Assembly (NCBI GenBank): GCA_035221665.1
Contig: CM069154.1
Location: 6,262,001-6,326,000 of the forward strand
Source of the DNA: Okamejei kenojei
Taxonomy: Eukaryota
Length of the DNA: 64,000 nt
Direction: 5' to 3'
A model generated the notes under the pieces. That model saw only the letters and a program-made list of their open reading frames with translations, was not told the origin of the DNA and searched no databases. The translations under genes were made by a program, and so were the position numbers. Shown here piece by piece: positions 1 to 12,842 of the stretch. The stretch's first letter is position 1. Each line of letters opens with the position of its first letter.

Positions 1-590
1 AGAGGATTTCAGTATAGGAGTAGAGAGGTTCTTCTGCAGTTGTCTGTTAACACCACATCTGGAGTATTGTGTGCAGTTTTGGTTTCCTAATTTGAGGAAG
101 GACATCCTTGTGATTGAGGCAGTGCAGCGTAGGTTCACGAGATTGGTCCCTGAGATGGCGGGACTGTCATATGAGGAAAGATTCAAAAGACTAGGTTTGT
201 ATTCACTTGAGTTTAGAAGGATGAGGGGGGGTCTTATAGAAACATATAAAATTATAAAAGGAAATTATAAAAGGAAATTATAAAAGGACTGGACAAGCGA
301 GATGCAGCAAAAATGATCCCAATGTTGGGCGAGTCCAGAACCAGGGGCCACAGTCTTAGAATAAAGGGGAGGCCATTTAAGACTGAGGTGAGAAAAAACA
401 TTTTCACCCAGAAAGTTGTGAATTTGTAGAATTCCCTGCCACAGAAGGCAGCGGAGGCTAAATCACTGGATGGATTTAATAGAGAGTTAGATAGAACTCT
501 AGGGTATATCTAATATATGGTGATTGCTGGTCGATGCAGATTTGGTGGGCCGAAAGTCCTGTTTCCATGCTGTATCTCTAAAATAAAATA
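1..590 (+). mobile_element. CR1-clade LINE, 3' fragment (RT C-terminus and 3' UTR)
   Basis: Translates to ...QFWFPNLRKDILVIEAVQRRFTRLVPEMAGLSYEERFKRLGLYSLEFRRMRG, the typical CR1 ORF2 tail; ends near a (ctaaa)n-type tail. Confidence 0.9.
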
Positions 591-946
591 AATTAAACTA
601 AATTAAACTAAACTAAACCAAACTCGGCAGAACTAAACTAAAGTAATCATTGATATTAAAGTGTAACAGTTCCCATTCATTGTTTATGAAGGAGAAGGGA
701 GGGTTCCTTAATGGTTGGATGCAATAGCTCTTGAACCAGTTTCACGATCGTTGGTCAATGTCACCTTACTGTGAGCAGATTAACTGCTGCATTACACACC
801 AAAATAAATTCTACACTTCATTTCCTTTGCTGCACACTTCAAAAAAATCATGAAGGGTGCCATATAAATGCTTGACTTTTGTTCTTTACTGAAGGCCAGT
901 AATCAATAATGAGCCATAACACCCTTCCCTATTCTCTGTCTGGCAG

Positions 947-1035
947 GCTCCCTTACATATTTGCGCCTGGTGTCACTGTGTTTCTCCTGATTCTCATCAT
1001 TGCCTTGTTTTGGTACCGAAAACGTAAAACCAAGG
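947..1035 (+). CDS. Receptor gene A (inhibitory CD300/pIgR-like), transmembrane exon
   Basis: Acceptor ctgtctggcag|G, donor AAGG|gtgag, phase 2 in / phase 1 out; encodes LPYIFAPGVTVFLLILIIALFWYRKRKTK (uncharged TM plus basic stop-transfer). Confidence 0.85.
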
Positions 1036-1827
1036 GTGAGTTTCTGATATCCCTTAAATAATTTCACAGTACATGTCTCAGTTCCTGCAGAATGTCAAGA
1101 GATTTAATTCTGTTCAACAAATGTCCTGCGTTAAAGTAATAAAGTGTAGGAGGAATCATGAACGATCAACAATGCTATCACGTTTGATGCAATCATGGTG
1201 ACTCGGTGACAAAAACTGTTCTTTTAACATCATTGTACAGAAACTTTCTGAGTGTGAAATGGCAGAGATGCGTGAGAACTAAGAGGCTAGTAGAAGTAAG
1301 ATTTACATATATACTCTCATTCTCTCAGCTGTTAGAATATGCTTTGTGTGATTAGCTGTTGTATTTCGAATCAGGTTAAGTCATGTTTATTGTCACATGC
1401 ACTAGCATGGTGAAGTAATTACAATGATGATCACGCTTGCATCCTCACAGGGACATAGACAACGTACAACATACCTGCCGCACACAGAGGGTGGCGGGTA
1501 TATGACAGGAGCTGCCAGAGGAGGTATTTGAGGCAGGGCAGGTCTAGCCTGGACAGGTAATCCAAGATGTGAACGCCCATTACCTTGAAGCTGCCAACTG
1601 TCTCCACCGCCGATGTAAACTTGAAGGTTCACTTAGCTGTTTCTCAGTCAGAGAGCATTAGTGGAAAGTAAAACAATAAACATTTCAGATCCAAGACACA
1701 TCATTACAACTGGGAAAGAGGGAAAAGAGGGGGGAACCTAATTGAAATTAGGTTTCCTCCTCTTTTTTCTACTCCTATCACTTATGAACTTATGAAAACA
1801 TTTTGGAGCAGATAAGGTTAGGGTGAT

Positions 1828-2180
1828 GGACACAAAATGCTGGAGTAACTGAGCGAAACAAGCAGCATCTCTGGAGAGAAGTAATGTGTGATGTTTCAGG
1901 TCGAAACCCTTTTTCAGACTGATGTCAGGCGAGTGGCAGTACAGAGATAAAATATAGTCGGAGACAGTAAGGTTGGTCAGAGAGCAAGGGCTACTTGAAG
2001 TTTGAGAAGTCAATGTTCATACCGCTGGGGTGTAACCTGCCCAAGGAAATATGAGGTGCTGTTTCTCCACTTTGTGCTGGGCCTCATTCTGACAACGGAT
2101 GAGGCCCAGGCCAGAATCAATAGTGTGGAAATTGGAGGATGAGTTAAAGTGTTGAGCAACCGGGAGATCAGGTAGCTTTA
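1828..2180 (-). mobile_element. Penelope-like element 3' fragments (GIY-YIG tail and pLTR with degenerate hammerhead core)
   Basis: Similar to the reverse complement of 51380-51880; includes VAQHFNS...KQHLIF homology. Confidence 0.75.
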
Positions 2181-2817
2181 GGCAGCTTTCGGGTGGGGTG
2201 GGGTAGTGCACAGGGAATATGATCCATTCTGAACATTACGTACATTAATCAGAACACAGGGCAGATTCTTGCTCCGTACGTGCAAATATACTGCAGCACT
2301 TTTGGGGTTCTCCTAAATATAAGGTTGTGGCAATAACACGTAGATGTTTGTGTGTTCGGTGGAACTGCAGATGGTGGTTTACACTGAAGATAAACATAAA
2401 ATGCTCTAGCAATTAGCGAGTCAAGGGCGACATTTTGCCAGCAGCGCAAAAGACAATCGTCAAATATAGTAGTTCCCAGCTTAGCTGGATGATAGAAACA
2501 GATTGAGTATGTGTGTATGTGTGCATATACACACTGAACTTTTTTTTCTCTCCCGTTATGTACCATGTTTACATATTCTGTTGTGCTGCAGCAAGTAAGA
2601 TTGTGATTGTTCTCTCTGGGACATAGGACAATAAAACACTCTTGAGTCTTGAAAAGCAACAGTTGACGTTTCGAGGCGAGACCCTTCTTCAGACTGAGAG
2701 TCAGGGGGAAGGGAAACAAGAGATATAGAAGGTACATAGAACAAATGAATGAAATATATGAATGAATGATGTTTAAACCTGTTCCTGATATGGCTCTATC
2801 GACAACATATTTTCCAG

Positions 2818-2864
2818 AATCCAAGTTCAATACATCACACGGTGAAGACAACAATGAAATCCAG
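2818..2864 (+). CDS. Receptor gene A, cytoplasmic exon 1
   Basis: tttccag|AA...ATCCAG|gtaaaa; 47 nt, phase 1 in / phase 0 out, fitting both neighbours; encodes (E)SKFNTSHGEDNNEIQ. Confidence 0.75.
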
Positions 2865-3279
2865 GTAAAAATGTGACATATAAATTCTCTGAGTGATGAA
2901 AAATATATAATATTGAATTATCTGTCTTTACACAGGCCATTTAGCAACACCTGTCCACTCCAGTTAAGAGAACCAGCACAGAAACAGGCCCTTTGGCCCA
3001 CCGAGTCCACGCCGACCGGTGACCCCTGCACACTCACTATCCTACACACACTAGGGACAATTTGCAATTATACCAAACCAATTAACTTTTAAACCTGTTG
3101 TCGGCACTGGCAGGCAGCAATTCTACCGTTGCTCCACCATGCTGCATTATCTTTGTGTTGCAAACAGCAGCCATGGCTTGTCTGTACACTGAACAGTTTG
3201 GGACCTATTTTGCAATACACATCTGTTGAGGACCTTTCAAATCTATTAGGTTGTAAAATTGGATTTTGTTATATTTTAG

Positions 3280-3549
3280 GAAATGGCAGTGTTGGAAGGG
3301 AACCACATTGATGCAAATCTGCAGCAACTTGGAAACAACAGGGCAGCTTTGGATCACAATGAAGGTGGAATCACGTATGCAGTAGTGAATTGCCAAAGGA
3401 AGTCGAGATCAAGGCACCCTGAGACTCACAATGCTGTTGTCTACGCAGATGTTAATTTTCATCGCAACTGCCCAAAGGGCAATCGGAAACCCCACTCTAC
3501 CGGGGCTCCAGAGAACACTGAAACAATTTATGCCTCTGTTGTTTCTTAG
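3280..3549 (+). CDS. Receptor gene A, terminal exon with ITIM/ITIM/ITSM motifs
   Basis: ttttag|GAA ATG..., phase 0; EMAVLEGNH...ITYAVV...VVYADV...TIYASVVS*; stop at 3547-3549. Confidence 0.9.
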   Translation, partial: EMAVLEGNHIDANLQQLGNNRAALDHNEGGITYAVVNCQRKSRSRHPETHNAVVYADVNFHRNCPKGNRKPHSTGAPENTETIYASVVS

Positions 3550-3869
3550 GAGAGATTTTTAATTCGGTGCGAGTTTTTGGCAATACTTGCTTTACCACTC
3601 TATTCAGTTTACACTGCTTTAATCTGACCTATACGTTGTCAAAGATGGACACAAAATGCTGGAGTAACTCAACAGGTCAGGTAGCATCATCTCTGGAGAA
3701 TATAGACAGGTGACGTTTGACGTTGGGACTCATCTTCAGATGGTCTTTAGAAAGGTCCTGACCCAAAATGTTAGCCATCAATTTTCACCAGAGATATTTC
3801 TTGACCATCTGAGTTACTCCAGCATTTTGGGTTCGTCTTTGGATAAACCGGCATCTTTTTATAGCTAGA

Positions 3870-6688
3870 ACATATAACAATTACAGCAAGGAAACAGGCC
3901 CTCTAGGCCCTTCCAGTCTGTGCCGACCATTTATTTTCCCCTAGTCCCATCTACCTGCACTCAGACCATACCCCTCCATTCCCTTCCCGTCCACATACCT
4001 ATCCACTTTACTTTTAAATGTTAAATTCGATCCTGCCTCCACCACTTCTGCTGGAAGCTCATTCCACACAGCCACACTCTCTGAGTAAAGATGTCCCCCC
4101 CCCCCCATGTTACCCCTAAACTTATGTTCCTTAATTCTCATGTCATGCCCTCTTGTTTGAATCTTCCCTACCCTCAATGGAAAAAGCTTATCCACGTAAA
4201 CTCTGTCTATCCCTTTCATCATTTTAAAGACCTCAATCAAGTCCCCCCTTAACCTTCTGTGCTCCAAAGAATAAAGACCTAACTTGTTCAACCTTTCTCT
4301 GTAACTTAGTTGCTGGAACCCAGGCAACATTCTAGTAAATCTCCTCTGTACGCTCTCTATTTTGTTGACATCCTTCCTACAATTAGGCGACCAAAATTGT
4401 ACACCATACTCCAGAATTGGTCTTACCAATGCCTTGTACAATTTTAACATTACTTCCCTACTCCTATATTCAATGCTCTGATTTATAAAGGCCAGCACAC
4501 CAAAAGCTTTCTTTACCACCCTATCTACATGCGATTCCACCCTCAGGGAACTATGCACAGTTATTCCTAGATCCCTCTGTTCCACAGCATTCCTCAATTC
4601 CCTACCATTTACCATGTATGTCCTATTTTGATTTGTCCTGCCAAGATATAGCACTTCACACTTATCAGCATTAAACTCCATCTGCCATCTTTCAGCGCAC
4701 TTTTCCAAATGGCCCAAATCTCTCTGTAGACTTTGAAAATCTACTTCATTATCCACAACACCACCTATCATAGTATCACCTGCATACTTACTTATCCAAT
4801 TTTCCACCCCATCATCCAGATCATTGATGTACATGACAAACAACAGTGGACCCAACACAGATCCCTGAGGCACCCAACTGGTCACCGGCTTCCAACCTGA
4901 CAAACAGCCATCCACCATTACTCTCTGACATCTCCCAATCAGCCACTGTTGAATCCATCTTGCTACTCCGCCATTAACACCCAAAGATTGAACCTTCTTA
5001 ACCAAACTTCCATGGGGAACCTTGTCAAAGGCCTTACTGAAATCCATATAGACAACATCCACTACTTTACCCTCATCAATTTCCCTAGTAACCTCTTCAA
5101 AAAATTCAAGAAGGTTTGTCAAACATGACCTTCCAGGCACAAATCCATGTTGACTATTCCTGATCAGACCCTGTTTATCCAGATGCTTATATATATTATC
5201 TCTAAGTAACCTTTCCATTAATTTGCCCACCACTGACGTCAAACTAACAGGTCTATAATTGCTAGGTTTATTCTTTGAACCCCTTTTAAACAATGGAACA
5301 AGCATGCGCAGTACGCCAATCCTCCGGCACTATTCCCATTTCTAATGACATTTGAAATATTTCTGTCATAGCTCCGGCTATTTCTACACTAACTTCCCTC
5401 AATGTCCTATGGAATATCCTATCAGGACCTGGAGACTTATCCACTTTTATATTTTTCAAAAGTGTCAGTACATCCTCCTCTTTGAATCTCATAGTTTCCA
5501 TAGCTACTCTACTTTTTTCCCTTACCTCACAGAGTTTAATATCCTTCTCCTTGATGAATACTGAAGAAAATAAATTGTTCAATATCTCCCCCATCTCTTT
5601 TGGCTCTGCAGATAGCTGTCCATTCTGGCTCTCTAATGGTCCAATTTTATCCCTCGTTATCCTTTAGCTATTAATATAGCTGTAGAAACCCTTTGGATTT
5701 ACTTTCACCTTTCTTGCCAAAGCAACCTCATATCTTCTTTTAGCCTTTCTAATTTCTTTCTTAAGATTCTTTTTACATCCTTTATACTCCTCTAGCACCT
5801 CATTTACTCCATGCCTCCTATAATTATTGTAGATATCTCTCTTTTTTGGAAACAAGTGTCCAATTTCCCTTGAAAACCATGGCTCTTTCCAATTTTTACT
5901 ATTTCCTTTCAACCGAACAGGGACATAAAGATTCTGTACTCTTACAATGTCCCCTTTAAATGTCCTTCATTTCTCTGCTACATCCTTCCCATAAAACAAA
6001 ATGTCCCAATTCACTCCTTTTAAATCCTTACGCATTCCCTCAAAGTTAGCCTTTCTCCAATCAAAAATCTCCACCCTAGGTCCAGTTCTGACTCTCTCCA
6101 TAATTATATTGAAACTAATGGTATTGTAATCACTGGTCCCGAAGTGCTTACCAACGCATACCTCCGTCACCTGACCTGCCTCATTTCCTAACAAGAGGTC
6201 CAGCACTGCCCCTTCTCTGGTCGATACCTCTATGTATTGTTGCAAAAAACTATCCTGCACACATTTTACAAACTCCAAACCATCCAGCCCATTTACAGAA
6301 TGTGTTTCCCAGTCTATTTTTGGAAAATTGAAATCTCCCACAATCACTACCTTGTGCTTACTACTAATATCTGCTATCTCCCTACATATTTATTCTTTCA
6401 ATTCTCGCTCCCCATTTGGCGGTCTATAATACACCCCTCAAAGTGTTGCTACACCGTTCCCACTTCTCAGTTCCACCCAAATAGCCTCCCTAGACGAGCC
6501 CTCTAATCTATCCTGCTGTAATATATTCTCTGACAAGCAATGCAACACCTCCACCTCTGGTCCCTCCAATTCTATCACACCTGAAGCAACGAAATCCTGG
6601 AATATTTAGTTTCCAATCGCAGCCCTCCAGCATCCATGTTTCACTGATTGCCACAACATCATATTTCCAGGTGTCAATCCAGGCTCTA
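3870..6688 (-). mobile_element. CR1-clade LINE, near full-length ORF2 (endonuclease plus RT), frameshifted and 5'-truncated
   Basis: ORFs 6508-6699, 5967-6347, 5664-5912, 5286-5594 and 3941-5305 give EN motifs (VVAISETW, VGDFNFP) and RT motifs (YRPVSLTS, DFSKAFDKV, PQGSVLGP). Confidence 0.95.
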
Positions 6689-6989
6689 TAATTTGTCAAG
6701 CTTCCTTCTGAGCGGTTTCGTTCAATTCATCAGGTGTAAGGGGTGATGGGGAGAAAGCAGGAGAATGATGTTCGGAGGGAGAGGTAGATCAGCGATGATT
6801 CAATGGTGGAGTAGCCTTGATGGGCCAAATTGTCTTCTCCTATCACTAATTAACTTACGAATTCCACTCCCTTCATCGATCTCTTTCATCCGCTAGTATA
6901 ATGAATGACTCCAGATCATGCATTACAAATGATAAAATGGCACTGGTTCCCATTCCTGTAATACCCACCCTCATTCCGTCCACCCACAA

Positions 6990-8906
6990 ATTCCCCAACC
7001 CTCCCATCATAATTCCTTGCAAGGTTCAGCCTAAGCACACGCCAAAATATTGTGGGTTCAAGTCCAAAAAGAGGCAATGGAACAAACAAGAAAATGGGTT
7101 CAAGTGGATAGTGGGCTAAGGCTGAGAAGCCCAAGATGCCGCAGAAGTATGTTCAATTGGAAATGCTGGTCTTAGCAGCATTGCTACAGGACCTCTTGTC
7201 AACTCTAGAGGCACTCTGTTCGAAATATACAAAGTTCTTGCAGAGCAGCAGAGCGCAGGTTTCCTTGGCTCAATCGTGAAGACGTAGTGAGGCGGGGAAT
7301 GTTTGGCCAAAGCGCCTGTTTCTTTGTTGAATTAATCTATGACTCGAATACAATCTAGCCTGGGATCAATTGGTTCTTAAATATTAAAGGATTCACGGAA
7401 ATAGAAATAGTACTGAATATTGAGATGATAAAGGATAAGGTATGATTTTAATGCATGGTGTAGTTATGAAAGACCTAGTGCGGACTGACATATATGTTAA
7501 TTAATTTGATCACTCTACAATACACATTTATTTTTTTTAACACATTTCCAGTTAATGTACAAACACATCAAAGGCCATCGTGCGATGGAAATAAATATTG
7601 GGTTCTGAGTCAAATGTGTGAGCTGCATCTTGCTGTGGCCAACGAGCTTCCTGTTGATATGAGCAGCTGAATAAACACAAAAAAAAACTTCAGTGGGTCA
7701 AGCAGCATCTCTGAAAGGAAATGGGCAGATGACATTTCAGGTCAAGATCCTACTTCAGACTGGTGTTACATTTCTCAGAATATGACTGCCACAGAAACCC
7801 GCAAACATACAATGTGCACAGGTTCATAGGTTTTTAGTGCAGAATTAGACCTTTCGGCCATTCAAGTCTACACCACAATTCAATCATGGCTGATACATCT
7901 TTCCCTCCCATCCCCATTCTCCTGCCTTCTCCTTATAACAGCTGACACCCACACTGATCACGAATCTGTCAATCTCTGCCTCAGAAATATCTATTGAATT
8001 GGCTTCCACAACCATCTGTTAAAATAAATTCCACAGATTCACCCCCATCTGATGAAAGACATTTGGCCCATATCTCTCTAAATCTATCCTGTCCAGGTTC
8101 CCTCAGGTTCCTATTAAATCTTCCCCCCTCACCTTATGTCCTCTGGTTCTTAAACTATGTCCTCTGATCCTCAAACATTCAGCAGGAACATGTAGAGTAT
8201 GCGAATATTAGCTCAGGGAGAGCACCTTGCCCTGGCAGGTCAGTGGGTTTCAGGTAGAACACAGTGGCACAGCGGTAGAGTTGCTGCCTTACAGCGCCTG
8301 AGACACAGGTACGATGCTGATTTCAGGAACTGTCTGTATGGAGTTTGTATATTCCCCCTGTGTCCACAAGAGTTTTCTCCGGGTGCTCCAATTTCCTCCC
8401 ACACTCCAAAGACATAGAGGTTTGTAGGTTAATTTTCACAGTAAATTGTATACGGGGTGAACACTGGTTGGCGCGGTCTCGGTGGGCCGAAGAGCCTGTT
8501 TCCACGCTGTATCTATAACTTTTTCTTGTCAATTGCCCACACCAGAAGGAGATGGATAACGATCTTGTCCAGAGCACATCTGCCTTGTGTAACTCTGTGG
8601 TTGTGCAACACACGCAACGCTAAAAGGATCTGACTGGGGAGCCCTTCACACCAACTTGATGGGGTTCTTAAAGATAGCAGAGTCAGGGGTTGTGTGGAGA
8701 AGGCAGGAGCGTGGTACTGATTGTGGATGATCAGCCATGACCACATTGAATGGTGGTGCTGGCTCGAAGGGCCGAATTGCCTACTGCACATATTGTCTTT
8801 TGTTTATAACACCCAAGGAAGGATGTTCACAGTCGGTTTGCAAAACCATCATGGAGGAAGTACCATAGACTTAACTCTGCAGTTTGCTTGCCGGTTTGCA
8901 AGCATG
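6990..8906 (+). repeat. Local segmental duplication, copy 1 (paralogue of ~9630-12842)
   Basis: Colinear matches, e.g. 7030 ctaagcacac/9660, 7180 ttgctacaggacctc/10478, 7590 atattgggttctgagtcaaatgtgtga/11714, 8815 ccaaggaaggatgttcacagtcgg/12748. Confidence 0.9.
8262..8515 (+). mobile_element. tRNA-derived V-SINE (HE1-like); other copies at ~2960(-), 12368, 12920, 19150(-), 23222, 37788, 38730(-), 45300
   Basis: A/B-box head (gtggcacagcggtagag...) and conserved central ttctcc...gggtgctcc...tttcctcccacactccaaagac; CR1-like tail gggccgaagagcctgtttcc. Confidence 0.8.
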
Positions 8907-9334
8907 TGTAGAGAAGGATGGGGGTTTAAGAGTTAATGTGTACATGACAGATTGCTTGTTGCACGTGGTGAGCCTGCTTTACTTACTTAGAATTGTTACT
9001 AATAAATGGTTTTGCAGAACTGTAAAAGGTTATGTGACTAAAAAGGGAAGAGGCCCGATACCAAGTAGTACTGCAGAAAAAAACACATCTGTTTTAAACA
9101 ATCAGAACCGGTACAAAAATGTGTTGATTGTGTGATTAGCTGGACCCATGACTGCTCATGTATAAGTATACTGCCTGTGCACAGAATAAATGAGTGGGAC
9201 CGTGAGGGGCAACGATTATGTAACCATACTCATGGATGCTCTCCAACTCCCGCATGCGTAATAAAGAGGCATTGTCACATTCTTAAAGTGATTAATGTGG
9301 TTTGTTGTTTGATAGCACGGATTGAAATTTAACA
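8907..9334 (+). mobile_element. 5' LTR of an endogenous retrovirus or LTR retroelement
   Basis: TGT...ACA termini; start coincides with the end of homology to duplication copy 2; TATAAG at 9161, AATAAA at 9185 and 9260; a PBS follows after 1 nt. Confidence 0.75.
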
Positions 9335-9335
9335 T

Positions 9336-9353
9336 TGGCATAGTCGGCAGGAT
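9336..9353 (+). promoter_or_regulatory. Primer-binding site complementary to the tRNA-Ser 3' end
   Basis: TGGCATAGTCGGCAGGAT matches 17/18 of TGGCGTAGTCGGCAGGAT, the reverse complement of the vertebrate tRNA-Ser end ...ATCCTGCCGACTACGCCA. Confidence 0.85.
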
Positions 9354-9629
9354 CTCGCTGGGACCATCTCCGACGACTGCGTAAGCAGCTGCGGTCTGGC
9401 CGGGACCTCGAGAGGAGTAAAAAGTGTACTATCGGATCCATTGAGTCTGAACTCCCGAACGAGTTCCCGGGAAACCGTGGTCCCTCGTCTGAGGTTGATC
9501 TGGTTCCCTGCTGAGATCCACAAGAGTCAGAGGTAAGAGAAACATCGTTATAATAGTCAAAGGTAAGGTTAATTGAGCATTGAGACTAAGAAGAGTGGGG
9601 TCTGTATAAATTAAAATAATAATTGAACA

Positions 9630-12600
9630 TTCCCATCGTAATTCCTTGGAAATGTCAGCCTAAGCACACCACAACCCATTGTTTCTGGGCCAAAATATTG
9701 TGGGCTCAAGTCCGTAAAGGGGCAATAGATCAAGCAAGAACATGGGTTCAAGTGAATAGTGGTCTAAGGCAGATAAGCCCAAGATGTAAAATGATCCTCA
9801 AGCCTGGGTAAGGGGCCTCTCTGAAACTTGGTCAAGACCGGATTTTACCTGCCTCAGTGACCAGTCGCAAATAAACTGATCTTAAATGAGCCCATCCCTA
9901 GATACGGCCTAGTCAGGGGGAAATGGGGAGGGAGGGGAGTAATTTAGAGTGGAACTGCAGAAAGATTCATAGGTTTTATAGCCTGTTAGAATACTAGAAG
10001 TGAGTCGAGAGTGTTTTATTGCCATACAGTATGTACTTGCAGCAGCACAATTGAGCAATATACATGAATTCCTTTATCTTTTGTATTCACTGAGAATGCA
10101 AGGTGGAGGAAGGGGAGAAAGGCAATGTAGATGTGGTTGAGTAAAAGGCAATGAATGTTTTGTATCTGAGGGCGTCTACCCCAGGACATGTGTAACCAAA
10201 GTTGGCCAATGTGTAATAAAAAATAATTTGTTCTGAAAATAAGCCCCCGAGCCCACGTGAAATGTTCCCATCTACAACGTCCCTCCCCAGTACATGAGTA
10301 CATTACCTACGAGCACTTCAGTGCCAACTGTAGAGTACATCACTGCCTGAACTGCAAATTTCTGGGTGAGATCCCAAACCAAGGAGATTCTACTGTCATG
10401 ACCACAGAAACCCCCCCAAAAAAAGGCAATATCTGTAGCAGAAGTAAGTTCGATTGGAAATGCTGTTCTTAGCAACATTGCTACAGGACCTCTTCTCAAC
10501 TCTAACGGTACTCTGTTCGAAATATACAAAGTTCCTACAGAGCAGTGGGCAGGGATTCGAGTTTCTTGATCACTGGAACCTCTTTTGGGGAAGGCATGAT
10601 CTGTACACAAAGGACGGGTTGCACTTGAACCCGAGGGGGACCAATATCCTGGCAGGGAGATTTGCAAAGGCTACTGGGGAGACTTTAAACTAGAAAGGAT
10701 GGGGGGAGGGACTCGGGTAAAGGGGGCTAGGGGTCAGGGTGTGGGGCAAGAGGCAGAGAAGGGAAGGACCCAAAATGTAGGCGAGAAAGATTTAAAAAGA
10801 TAATAGACAGAGAATAAGGGATGGTGGGTTTCTAAAATGTGTATATTTTAATGCTAGGAGCATTGTAAGTAAGGTGGATGAACTTAGAGCCTGGATTGAC
10901 ACCTGGAAATATGATGTTGCGGCAATCAGTGAAACATGGTTGCAGGAGGGCTGTGATTGGAAACTAAATATTCCAGGATTTCGTTGCTTCAGGTGTGATA
11001 GAATTGGAGGGACCAGAGAGGGAGGTGTTGCATTGCTTGTCAGAGAAGATATTACAGCAGTGCTTTGGCAGGATAGATTAGAGGGCTCGTCTAGGGAGGC
11101 TATTTGGGTGGAACTGATAAGTGGGAACGGTGTAGCAACACTTTTAGGGGTGTACTATAGACCGCCAAATGGGGAGCGAGAATTGGAAGAGCAAATATGT
11201 AAGGAGATAGCAGATATTAGTAGTAAGCACAAGGTAGTGATTGTGGGATATTTCAATTTTCCAATAATAGACTGGGAAACACATTCTGTAAATGGGCTGG
11301 ATGGTTTGGAGTTTGTAAAATGTGTGCAGGATAGTTTTTTGCAGCAGTACATAGAGGTATCGACCAGAGAAGGGGCAGTGCTGGACCTCCTGTTAGGAAA
11401 TGAGGCAGGTCAGGTGACGGAGGTATGCGTTGGTGAGCACTTTAGGACCTGTGTTGTATGACTCAATGGAATCAAGCCTGGGAACAATTGCTTCTTAGAT
11501 ATTAAAGGATCTATGGAAATAGAACTAGTACTGGATATTGACATGATAAAGGATAAGCTATGATTTTAAAGCATGGTGTCGTTATGAAGGACCGAATGGG
11601 GACTGACATATTTGTTCATTAATTTGTTCACCCAACAATACACATTTATTTGTTTTGAACACATTTCCAGTCAATGTACAAACACATCAAAGGCCAATGT
11701 ACGATGGAAAGAAATATTGGGTTCTGAGTCAAATGTGTGATCTGCATCTTGCTGTGGTCAACGTGCTTCCTGTTAATATGAGCAGTTGAGCAAAACACAA
11801 AAAAAACACTTCAGTGGGTCAAACAGCATCTCTGAAAGGAAATGGGCAGATGACATTTCATGTCAGGACCCTACTTCAGACTGGTGTTACTTTTCTCAGA
11901 AAATGACTGCAGCAGAAACCCACAAACAAACAATGTTCATAGGTTCATAAGTTCTAAGTGCAGAATTAGGCCTTTCGGCCCATCAAGCCATTCAATCATG
12001 GCTGATCTATCTTCCCCTCTCAACTCCATTCACCTGCCCTCTCCCCATAACCCCTGACACTCCCACTAATCAGGAATCTGTCAATCTCTGCCTAAAAAAT
12101 ATCCATCGAATTGGCTTCCACAATCGTCTGTTGAAATAAATTCCACAAATTCACCACCCTCTGACTAAAGAAATTTGGCCCATATCTCTCCAAACCTATC
12201 CTGTTCAGGTTCCTATTAAATCTGTCCCCCACCTTAAACCTATGCCCACTGCTTCTCAAACTATGTCCTCTGGTTCTCAAGTATTCAGCAAGAACATGCA
12301 GAGTATAAGAATGTTAGCTCAAGGAGAGCACCTTGCCCTGGCAGGTCAGTGCGTTTCAGGTGGAACACAGTGGCGCAGCGGTAGAGGCGCCGCCTTACAG
12401 CGCCTGAGACCCAGGTTCGATGCTGACCTCGGGTGTTGTCTGTATGGAGTTTGTACGTTCTCCTTGCGTCCACATGGGTTTTCTCGGGGTGCTCCGGTTT
12501 CCTCCCACACTCCAAAGACATTCAGGTTTGTAGGTTAATTTGCAAGTGATCACTGGTAGGCACGAATTCGGTGGGCCGAAGAGCCTGCTTCCACGCTGTA

Positions 12601-12842
12601 CCAATAAAACTTTCTTGCCAATTGCCCACTCCAGAAGTAGATGGATAACAGTTTTGTCCAGAGCACAATTGCCTTGTGTAGCTCTATGGTTGTACAACAC
12701 AACGCAACACAAAAAGGATCTGACTGGGGAGCCCTTCCCACTGCCACCCAAGGAAGGATGTTCACAGTCGGCTTGCAAAACCATCGGGGAGGAAGGACCA
12801 TAGACTTAACTCTGAAGTTTGCTTGCCAGTTTGCAAGCGTGC
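9630..12842 (+). repeat. Local segmental duplication, copy 2 (has extra sequence at 9790-10440 and a CR1 insert)
   Basis: Colinear with 6990-8906. Confidence 0.9.
10547..11450 (+). mobile_element. CR1 fragment: ORF1 C-terminus (SGNH/esterase-like) and ORF2 endonuclease N-terminus
   Basis: FEFLDHWNLFWGRHDLYTKDGLHLNPRGTNILAGRF, then YDVAAISETWLQEG...GVYYRPPN; near-identical to the reverse complement of 6130-6688. Confidence 0.9.

Noticed and set aside
8262-8340. tRNA genes at SINE heads
   Set aside because: The A/B boxes continue into V-SINE body and CR1-like tail; no complete cloverleaf.
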